Shown one piece after another: positions 51,911 through 64,000 of a stretch of 64,000 bases of DNA (positions are counted from its first letter, which is position 1; each line of letters begins with the position of its first letter). The notes below the pieces were generated by a model, which was given only the letters and a program-made list of their open reading frames with translations, did not search any database and was not told where the DNA came from. This stretch comes from the human T2T-CHM13v2.0 reference genome, Homo sapiens. Made by a program: the position numbers and the translations under genes. Location of the stretch: assembly GCF_009914755.1 (NCBI RefSeq), contig NC_060932.1. The stretch is one strand, 5' to 3'.

Positions 51911-52631
51911 ACTCACAGAATGTTGCACATACTTCTGCAGGGTCAAAAGAAATAAGCGAGGACAGTCCAAAGAGTTCCGCGTGTTTAGATGAGGTCACAC
52001 AGATAGTAAGTGCCAGGCTAGGACTGAACACATCGCAGGATCTGTTAAACACTCAACCAAATGCCCACATACTTCCACTTTATCTTCATTGATCCTCATA
52101 ACTAACCAGGTAAGTAGGGAGCCTAGGTAGAATGCCCTGAGTTGGGAGGATGAGCTCAGAGTAGTGAGGCACTCACCCATTGAAACAAAGGCAAGCATAA
52201 CCTTCCCTCACCTCACGATGTCTGTGGCACTAGAGCTTGCGAATAATTTTCTTAGTTAAGATAATTTGGGTCCAAACCCCAGCCTGCAGCTTATTAACTG
52301 TAAGACCCAGGTCCCTCATCTGTAAGACAGGGACAGCAATAGTTCCTACATCATGGTGTTGTTGTAAGTGTTAGGACTGGGTCTGTCATTATTTAACCTT
52401 TCTATAGCCAAGTTTTGTTATCTCTATATGAGAACAACAACTATCCCCACCTCCTATAATTGTTGTGAGTGTTAAATTATTTAATCCATATAAAGTATTC
52501 AGTGTGGTGCCAGGATGTATGTTGAAAGCACTCAGTAAATGTCATTTGCCTTCCTTTAGTAGTGGTAGTGATGGTAGTGGAGATAGTAAATTATCAAAGT
52601 ACAAATACCTTGGTAAAAATGATCCTCCCTA

Positions 52632-52795
52632 AATAGCTAATGCATGCAGGGCTTAATACCTAGGTGATGGGTTGATAAGTGCAGCAAACCACCATGGCAC
52701 ACATTTACCTATATAACAAACCTGCGTGTCCTGCACATGTATCCCAGAACTTATTAAATATCCCAGAAATTATTAAAATAAAATAATTTTTTAAA
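52632..52795 (+). mobile_element. L1PA8-10-like 3' end
   Basis: 'gcttaatacctaggtgatgggttgataagtgcagcaaaccaccatggcacac'; TSD atcctcccta (52622-52631, 52796-52805). Confidence 0.9.
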
Positions 52796-53387
52796 ATCCT
52801 CCCTAGATTCTTATCAGACCTTCACACGTTAACCTGAATGGATTTTTTATTTAGTTGGTTGGTTGGTTTGGTTTCTTTCCTAAGAAATTTACTTGTTTAT
52901 TCCCAGAAAGTAGAATAAAGTCATAATTCTACTAATTACTCCCAATAATGGAGAGGGTCTACCTTGCTAAGGATATAGAAAGGCAAACTTAAGCTGCTCG
53001 GAGCTGCTGAGAATGAAATGGAATGATGCATGAAAAGATCATGGTGGTGGCTGGGATGCACCATTAGTTCCTGGTACTATACATACTAACCAAGTGTTGT
53101 AGGATATTGCCTCAGGTGACATGAAGGTTTTCCCACTCTAACACTCTTCATGTGAAAGGGTGTTGGTCTGCATGTTCATTCGTACATTGATTTTAAGTGG
53201 TGGTTTAAAAGCAGCAATTCTTGGACAGCAGTGCCCCCTAATGATCCCATTTAATTTAAGACATCGGGGTCCAAATGATGTTCAAATAACTCACCCACAG
53301 TTAACTCGGACATACTTTAGTGCTTTTCAGCTCTGTAGCCAGCTATGTTCTAGGTGCTGCTGGGAACGCAAATGTTCAGAAAATTTA

Positions 53388-53773
53388 TGGTAAGGCTTGA
53401 ATGTGCCTTCCAAAGTTCATGTGTTGGAAACTTAATCCCCAATGCAGCGGTGTTGACAGGTAGAACCCTTAAGAGATGATTAGCTCATGAGGGCTCTGCC
53501 CTTACAAATGGATTAATGGTGTTATCATGGGAGAGGGTTATCAATAGAATGGGTTCTAATAAAATGATGATTTTCTCTTTTCCTTTCACATGCACATGCT
53601 CTCTTGCCCTTTCACCTTTCTCCATGGGATGACACAGTACGAAGGCCCTCACCAGATGCCAGCGTTATGTTCTTGGACTTCCAAGCCTGAACCATGAGTG
53701 AATGGACTCTCATTGTTTGTAAATTATCCAGTCTATGATATTCTGTCAGAGCAGCAAAAAATATACTAGGACA
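53388..53773 (+). mobile_element. MST MaLR solo LTR (MSTD-like)
   Basis: 'ccaaagttcatgtgttggaaacttaatcccc...gaaggccctcaccagatgcc...actaggaca'; TSD attta/atcta. Confidence 0.9.
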
Positions 53774-53859
53774 ATCTACCTCCTGGGAGCTGTTTAGAGC
53801 GCTAACTCCAGCCTGCATCTTTGGCAGCAGCACATATACCTCTCATTCTGGCTGGCTGT

Positions 53860-54290
53860 GCTCTGCCACATTGACCTGCTTTGTCACTTGCAACAACCTC
53901 TTGCCTGACTCCAGAGTCTGCAAATTTTATTTCCGCTTTCTGATTGGCTCTCTTGACCCTCTCCTCCACCCTTTACTACTTATCTCACTATTGCCACTCA
54001 TCTTTCAGGTCTTGGCACAAATGTCACACAGAAATGTCTTACCCCACTCCCCAAGCAAGGACACAGTCTCCTGTTATATGAGTTTATCTCACCCTTCATT
54101 TTTTCTTGCAGGCCCCATCACAACTACAACAAAACTATTATTTGGGCCATTGGGTGTATAATGCCTCTCTCAGCACTCACCTAACTGTAAGCTCCATGAG
54201 GACAAACTCACCTCTGTATCCCTAGTACCTAACACAGCACTGGAATGTGGTTGCCACTCATTAATAATGTGTTTACTTAATTCAGAAATT
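53860..54290 (+). mobile_element. L2 3' end
   Basis: 'actgtaagctccatgaggaca...tgtatccctagtacctaacacagc'. Confidence 0.75.
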
Positions 54291-54422
54291 ACAGAGGGGT
54301 GTGAGGTATTGGGGTGTTGCTGAGTTCACTTTTGTTTTTGTTTTATTTCTTAGAAGAGGAATAGTGGTAGATTAAATTTCTTAAAGCAACCTGGCATTTA
54401 AAAAATCAAAATGCCTGTTTAC

Positions 54423-54948
54423 TTTTTTTTAAAATAAATGTATTTGAAGTTTACAACATGATGTTATGGGATACATATAGGTAGGAAAATGGTTACTACA
54501 GTGAAGAAAATTAACATATCTATCAACTCAGATCATTACTTTCTTGTGACAAGAGCAGCTAAAATCTAATTATTTAACAAATATCTATCGCAAGAACAAA
54601 AAACCAAACACCGCATATTCTCACTCATAGGTGGGAATTGAACAATGAGAACACATGGACACAGGAAGGGGAACATCACACTCTGGGGACTGTTGTGGGG
54701 TGGGGGGAGAGGGGAGGGATAGCATTGGGAGATATACCTAATGCTAGATGACGAGTTAGTGGGTGCAGCACACCAGCATAGCACATGTATACATATGTAA
54801 CTAACCTGCACGTTGTGCACATGTACCCTAAAACTTAAAGTATAATAAAAAATATATATATCACCAGCAATACAACTTTGTTACTATAGTCCTCATGTTA
54901 TACAATTAGATCTCTAGACTTGTTCATCCTACATATCTGCTTTGTATT
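54423..54948 (-). mobile_element. L1MA7-9-like 3' end, interrupted by L1PA2
   Basis: 'tacaacatgatgtt...attaacatatctatc' and 'actatagtcctcatgttatacaattagatctctagacttgttcatcct'. Confidence 0.8.
54586..54857 (+). mobile_element. Young L1 3' end (L1PA2-like)
   Basis: 'gcattgggagatatacctaatgctagatgacgagttagtggg' (GAG, not the L1HS-Ta ACA); CpGs retained; short tail; atatc on both flanks. Confidence 0.92.
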
Positions 54949-55049
54949 ATATTTTTAAAATAACTTTTTAAGATGAATTTATTCTTTCACTTTGAATCAT
55001 TTTAAGGTAGCCAATATTGCATAGAAATAAAATGTTTATGGGTTTAGCA

Positions 55050-56570
55050 AAGTTACAATTGACTTTCTCTTTGACCCATTAATTCTATTTCTAGAAATCT
55101 ACCCTACAGAAACATTTGCAAAAGCATGAGATGACAAATGTGTAAGGTCATTCATTATAGCATTATTCATAAATCAAAACATTAAAAACAACTCAAGTGT
55201 TCAGCAATGGGGAACAGTTAAATAAACTGACACACAATGGAGTAACATGCAGCTATTCAAAAGAATGGGGACAGTATCTATGTAGTAATATGGAAAATTC
55301 ATCTGAGTGTATTGCAAAGTGAAAACAGGAAAGCGTAGAAGAGTTATAATATGCTACCTTTTGTGTAAGGGAAGAAAATATGAACCTCTATATGTTTCAT
55401 ATATCTGCAAAAACAGGAGGACGAAAAACACAGAGAATGTAAACAAAAAACTAATAAAAGTAGTTACCTTATAGGAAATGCATTGGGAATATATGTAAGG
55501 GAAAGAGAAACAAAACTTCTTTGTGTATACCTTTCTATACCATCATGCCCTTTGAATAATGTGGGTTCATTATTCATTAAAAGTAAAGCTAATTTTTAAA
55601 AATATTTCTAAAATTAAAAATAAACCAAGACAAATAAATATAACCATATATCAATTTAGAAATATTATCACACAGAGAAACAATTATTTTTTCCCCAAGA
55701 TGTTTGAGAACACAGCACTTTGTACATTCTTAGTGGGATACACTTCATGGACAAAAGAACTACATCAAATTTTAAACTAAATCTGACTATTTTATGTTCA
55801 CATTCATATTGTTATTTTGAAACTATTCTCTTTGTATCATTCAAGAAAGCAAATGAGGAATTCTATTAATGGTGTTCTAAGAGAACAAAAGCCAATCATG
55901 AAATCAAAAATTAAGCATAAAACTAATGTTAAAATTGAAGTGATGACAGTTAAATGAACTTTCTGTTTTATTAATTACATATTTTCTGTCTTAATTCATT
56001 GAAATGGCCTAGCCACCATGTCATCCAGTATCAATAACCACACCTGGCACCAGATTTTGCTTTGTAAAATCAAGAGTTCTTGTAGAACTGGCTGCTTTCA
56101 GGACTGAATTAGGGAAGGTACAAAATACGCCTAGAACATATTGTTATGTTCAAAGGCAAAGAAGCTTTCAAAGAGTAATTGGGCATATCAAAAGAACACA
56201 AGAACCAGGTGGAAGGAGCTCTTGCTGACCCAAATTGTGATGATTGAAACACTAAAAAGAGTAGTGATTATAGCAAATTAAAATATACTGAATACACTAG
56301 AGCCACGAGTCCATAATGACTCAAAAAAGAGAAAGCCAGAAACAAAACCTCATTTGTCACCATTTGGAATGATTCTTAAAAACAATTTCTCCCTTTCCGA
56401 ATTGGGAATTAAAAAGAAGTAGTTAAGTGTTTATTTTGCCTTTTCAGTAAAAACTCTATTTCAGGGCAAATAGACCCATTTATCACAGAAAGTTCTGTTT
56501 TATGTCAAGCAGTAAAGATAAAAGGAATATTAGAATTATGAAGTCGACAATTTACCACTCCCAATGAGAA
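55050..56570 (+). mobile_element. Old L1 3' region(s), L1MC4/5- or L1ME-like
   Basis: 'ctttgacccattaattctatttctagaaatctaccctac' and long 3'UTR 'aactggctgctttcaggactg...gcctagaacat'. Confidence 0.7.
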
Positions 56571-57329
56571 TCTTGTTTCAAGCATAGAAGGCTGTGCTGT
56601 TCCCACAAAAGAGTAAATAATTAAGTGCAGTCTGGGGAGGATCCGAGGAAGCTTCCAAGGAGAGGCAGTTTGGGCTGAGGCTTGAATGATGAACAGAATC
56701 AGCCACAACATGAATACAGGAGGACTTGTCAGATGGAGGGACATTATGGGGGGCCTGAAAAAGCTTGAGGAACTGCACTTACATTGGAAGGGATTGTTAT
56801 CCACTTAAGATACCCAGAGTCAGCACAAAAACTGAAAATTGCAAAGAGTCAAATGTATCCTTACAAAGTCCCATTTTGGAAGGAGCTTTCTTGTAGCCCA
56901 ATACACTGTCTCTCAGTAAGCCCATCACAGCCAGTTTCTCCACAGAGTTGTGATCAGATCACTATTTGAGAAATATGAAGCAGTTAACAATTGGAGGTGA
57001 TGTTGTTCAAAGACAGCATGCTCTGAGATGCTCCCACTCTGGGGGGCATGTGGGGACTGACACCAATGAAGCGAAGAACAAGAGTCATAGCTGTCCTCTC
57101 TGGCTTCCTAGGGGCATATGGCACGATGAGTGGACCAGCTGCCCACGTTGACATTGCTCAGAGTGTTCATTGTTCTCTTGCTCTCCGTATCCCCATCCCC
57201 TCTTAGTTTAAGTTGAAAACATCCAGGTAGTCAGCCACTATTGCTGAGTATACATGATGCAAAGGTGCATGGAAAGGGACTGGAGGGACCAGGTCTGAGG
57301 GCCCTCTGGGAAGTAAAGAGAGAAGTGGG

Positions 57330-57625
57330 AAGGAGTCACATTAGGACGGGACTATTTTGCTAAATTAGCTAGTGTAGGCTTTGAAATAAAGGGAAGCCAA
57401 TGGATGGAGTTTCAAGCAAGGTATGGCATGATAGGACCTGTGTTTTGGAAAGATTACCCTGGATTTATTGTGAAGAATGGCCTGGCGGCTGTGGGGATTC
57501 CAGGAAGGGGGAGAATGCAGACAAGCAAGGAGACTACAGGCATTATTGTCTTTACATCTGGCTTCTTTTTCAGGTCCTCCTTGAGAGGCCAAGCATCACA
57601 TGAATTGGACATGAAGGCAAAATTT
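57330..57625 (-). mobile_element. L2 remnant
   Basis: 'gggaagccaatggatggagtttcaagcaaggtatggcatgatagga...tggaaagattaccctgg'. Confidence 0.7.
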
Positions 57626-58010
57626 TTGATCTGAAGGGGGAAAGGATGCCATGTTTAGAACTCTGCACACAAAGGAGAGGCTATTTAGGGATCTAGATTC
57701 TCCAACCACAGAAAGTTGGCGGGTGAGAAGTGGCTGCTTCCCACTGAACTCCCCAGGGCAAATGAAGGGACCCACATGGCGTTTCTTCCCAACAACTTAC
57801 CACAGACGTGGAAATTATAAATGGGGCCAGGAAGTGGTCATTTCATGTCAACCCACCTACCATACATTCAAAATAGCTGCCACTTGCCCAAAGACACCTC
57901 CAAATTCTAAACAGTCTGCCTAGCACATATCCATGTATACAACAAACCTTATTGAGCATCTACTATGGTAGGGACTGCACTATAGTTTAGTTAATAAAAG
58001 TTAGAAATTA

Positions 58011-58399
<389 letters not shown>

Positions 58400-58813
58400 T
58401 CAGGACAGGGTGATGAGGGTGAGCCAGGAGAGAGATCTTTCTCCAAGCCAAGTAAAGGCTACTGACTTCAGTGACCCTGGGACATCACACCTGAGGGTAA
58501 TTGAATGGTGACAAGCTTCTTCTTATAATCAAAATAGTATTAGCCTGAGTATGAAAAATGGAAGAATTCTAGTGTATTTCATTTCCAACTTAACATCTAT
58601 CAAGTAATATGTTGCTGGTTTCCAGCCTCATTGCTAAAAATATTCTTAAGGTGAACAAGACTGCTATCCTGGTTACCAGCTATAGTAGAATGAATGAAAT
58701 TAAATTATTCTGTGATAGTTATCAAATAACAAAAAGAATTTTATTTCAGGAATTTGAGAACTAGATTTGAAATTTAATCGTTTGCTCCAGAATGCTAACA
58801 TAAACAGTAATAA

Positions 58814-58829
58814 TAGATAGATGGGTGGG

Positions 58830-58876
<47 letters not shown>

Positions 58877-58900
58877 GTAGATAGATAGATAGATGATAGA
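58814..58900. repeat. Compound (AGAT)n tetranucleotide STR
   Basis: [AGAT]11 AGGT [AGAT]4 GAT from 58831. Confidence 0.98.
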
Positions 58901-59059
58901 GACTGCTAGATATAGTATAGAATATTCTATAGTCCTCATATGGTCTTTGCCACATGTTTGTTTGCTTTTTTCAAAATATTTAATGGAAGAATAAGAAATC
59001 TCAGTTGATATAAAAATTCTAGTGAGTCGTGACCTAGAGATGCACAACAATGTCATGCA

Positions 59060-59525
59060 AAACTTTTCATCTAAAGGTCATCAACTGATGAGTACATATG
59101 CAAAGTGTGGCATATCCATATATAGGAACACTACTCAGCAATTAAAAGCAACAAACTACCAATTCATACTACAACATGGATGAGCCTCAAAAATATTAAG
59201 CTAAGCCACATGCAGAAGACTACATATATTATTTACATGAAATCTCTAGAAAGACTATATATTTCATTTGTAAGAAACATCTATAAAAGGCAAATTTGTA
59301 GAGACAGAAAGGAAACCAAATTTGCTTATGACTGGGAGTAGGAGCAGGAATTAACGGCGAATGAGCACAAGGAACTTTTGGGGGTGATGGGAATGTTCTA
59401 AACCTGGACTACAGTATGATGAGTATGTAGAGTACGAACTCTACAAATTTACTAAAATAATTAAATTGAACAATTACAATGAGTAAATTTTGTTAGGAAA
59501 TTATAGCTCAATAAAGCAATCAAAA
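59060..59525 (+). mobile_element. Old L1M (MD/ME-like) 3' end
   Basis: 'actactcagcaattaaaag...acaacatggatgagcctcaaaa...gaacttttgggggtgatgggaatgttcta...ctcaataaagc'. Confidence 0.8.
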
Positions 59526-59899
59526 CAAAACACACACACACAGGCACAAACATATTTCATGTATTTTTAATCCAGGTTCATAGGAAAGTGCTTGACAATA
59601 ATGCCATGTAGCTGCCTTATACTGATCATCTCCTTAAGAGCCAGCTACTTTTATCCCTGTTCCTGAAAGCCACCTTCAGAGAGAAATCATAGTAACCCAG
59701 GGACACGCAAAGAAGCCAGCTGAGTTAGGAATGGAACACAATTGGGCCTACCTCTAAATCCTATACACAATTTATCTCATCATACCCACTGATATAGAAA
59801 GAATCCATTGCCCCAGATTCACATGGTGTAGTCAAAGTAATAAACTAGATTCACCCTGCACCTGCTTATCTTTCTTGCTGTTGTCAGACCCCGCTACCC

Positions 59900-60340
59900 T
59901 GATCTCCTGGCCACCATCTTGGGATGATCCCGCAAATCAAGGTTGATCGTGTCATTCCGGTGCTCAAAAGGGTGCCCTGGTGCTGAAACCTTGGCTTGGG
60001 CCCTTCCCAACCTGGCTCCAGCCCCCAGCATCTAGGGCATCCTTGCTCACTGTTTCCCCATACCACTGTGCACTGCTTTTCTCTGAACTTCTCACCTGTC
60101 TTTGAAGTTGATGGCCATTTTCACATTGCTTTGTCTTTGTCCGTGAGGTTCCTCTCACCTGAAATGCTTGACTTTTCCTTGCCACTGCCACATATCAGCT
60201 AACTCCTGCTCTTATTTTAACATCATGAATATCTATCATTCTCAGTGAGCCTTCTACTGCTTCTCCGAGAGAAGTTAATTGTTCCAAGCAGGTTTTATAC
60301 ACTATGTTTATTTTCTTCATTCTCTTTAATAGCATTTTAA
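59900..60340 (+). mobile_element. L2 remnant
   Basis: 'gtgtcattccggtgctcaaaa', 'gttcctctcacctgaaatgc', 'gctaactcct'. Confidence 0.55.
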
Positions 60341-60399
60341 AACATGCCCCCAGTTTAAGTCTAGTGCGTTTGTCATATTTTCTTCATAACCATAGCATA

Positions 60400-60635
60400 T
60401 ACCATTAAAGGATTACTTGGATTCAGTTCTGATCTTAAGATTCCATCATTTATTAGCTCTGTGACCTTGGGAAAGTTTATGTAAACTCTTGACATCAGTT
60501 TTCCCAATTATGAAATGAGACCAATGAAAGCACATACCTCAAAGATACTTATAAGAATTAAACAATCTAATAATCATTAATGAAAAAGCATATTTTCCAG
60601 TCCATCAAAAGTGCTTAAAAAATGTTAAATAATAA
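60400..60635 (+). mobile_element. MIR
   Basis: 'ttattagctctgtgaccttgggaaagtt...catcagttttccca'. Confidence 0.75.
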
Positions 60636-61282
60636 TACTAATTTTTACCAGTATAGCAAAGGCTCAATAAATGTGAATCGAATAAGGGAGAGAGAGAAGA
60701 TACAGGAAAGAAGTAAAGAAGGGAAGGGGAAGAAGAAGCTCCTTGAAAAAATGGATAAGAGCTTATGATTTAGCATCAGGCAATATTGAATCTTTGCCTT
60801 GCTATTGTAGATTGGGTAATCTTGGACAAGTTATTTGAACTCCACATGTTTCAACATGAAGGTAAGTATACCACTGGATAACACATATAAAGCACTTAGC
60901 ACAGTATCTAGCCTGCAGTAAGTCATGTTAAAGAAGAAAAAGAAACAAAGGTTTGTGAAAAAGAAAAATCCTCTTGCTTAATCTTTTTTATTCATCTTTG
61001 GCAAAGGTCACCTAAATAATTTCTTAACCATTCTGCCTTTATATGCTGTTTGGATACTGCCTAGAAATCCAGGATTCCAAGGTGGTTGAGAGAAGTGGGT
61101 TATGAACAATGATGATCCAGTCTCACTTTCACCTCTACCTGATATACAAAATTCCCTTCCAACATGGTCAACTCCAGTGAATCTTCACTATTTTGATCTT
61201 TAGCTACTTTCTCATGAGAATATTATTAAAAGCAGAGAGGAAATAACTAAATGGAAAAAGATTAGCCAAGAAGCAATGAAGA

Positions 61283-63468
<2,186 letters not shown>

Positions 63469-64000
63469 CTGCACACTTTCTATATGGATTTGTTAATCCA
63501 GCTAATTTGAAGTCGATTTCTCTTGTGTTTTACATTTGACTCTGAACACTTGAAATATTCAACATTTTATATCCTAAAGATTAGACTTTCCTTTTATTGA
63601 CTTTGTTATTTTTGCAGACTTATGCTCTGCCTTTGCCATAGGCCTTAAGCAAAACTCATCTGCCAATGCTAGGAAATAGTAGTAGCAAACTGTCCTAGAT
63701 CTGGCTTAAAAATTGTTTTATAGTTTTCAGGGAATTCAGACAATTGATTTCTTTGGCAAAATTATTTTCACTGAAAAGGTTTTCAGGGAATTGGTGTTTT
63801 TGTGAATTGCCTTTTGACAATGGATTATCAGCAAATTGACCAACAGCCAGTAAACAACTCCCTAATTCTCTCCTGTCCTCTCTGCCTCCTCACAGCTTCA
63901 CTCTGTTCACATAAAGGGGCCTATTGGCAGTCACGTGTTTGCATTGTTTGAGCCTCTCAGAGTGTTCTGGGCTTTGAGATCTAAAGCTTGTCAATTCAGA

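Noticed and set aside
58700-59056. 118-aa ORF with IYLS repeats
   Set aside because: It is the translation of the (ATCT)n microsatellite.

Overview
This is primate (human or great-ape) non-coding genomic DNA: AT-rich, CpG-poor, and dominated by layered transposon relics. It holds a near full-length, dead L1MA2-like LINE-1 (about 9.6-17.6 kb), many other L1 fragments (L1PA2/3, L1PA8-10, L1PB1, L1MA/MC/ME), eleven Alus (J, S, Y), about a dozen solo LTRs (MaLR, ERV1, ERVL), hAT MITEs, many MIR and L2 remnants, and several microsatellites. I find no credible protein-coding exon, RNA gene, CpG island or CRISPR array, and the ORF track is explained by L1 remnants, Alu/LTR sequence, low-complexity DNA or chance. 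I cannot support a new biological system here. The best second-look items are small repair or insertion scars (an ORF2 fragment inside the L1 5'UTR, a fold-back insertion in an AluJ, a tail-less Alu), an MLT2 LTR joined to MaLR-like internal sequence, a MIR with an intact B-box hairpin, a strong + strand L1 bias suggesting a minus-strand host intron, and a few repeat-free islands with candidate splice or regulatory motifs. Subfamily names come from recalled consensus features, not a database search, and boundaries of the old repeats are approximate.
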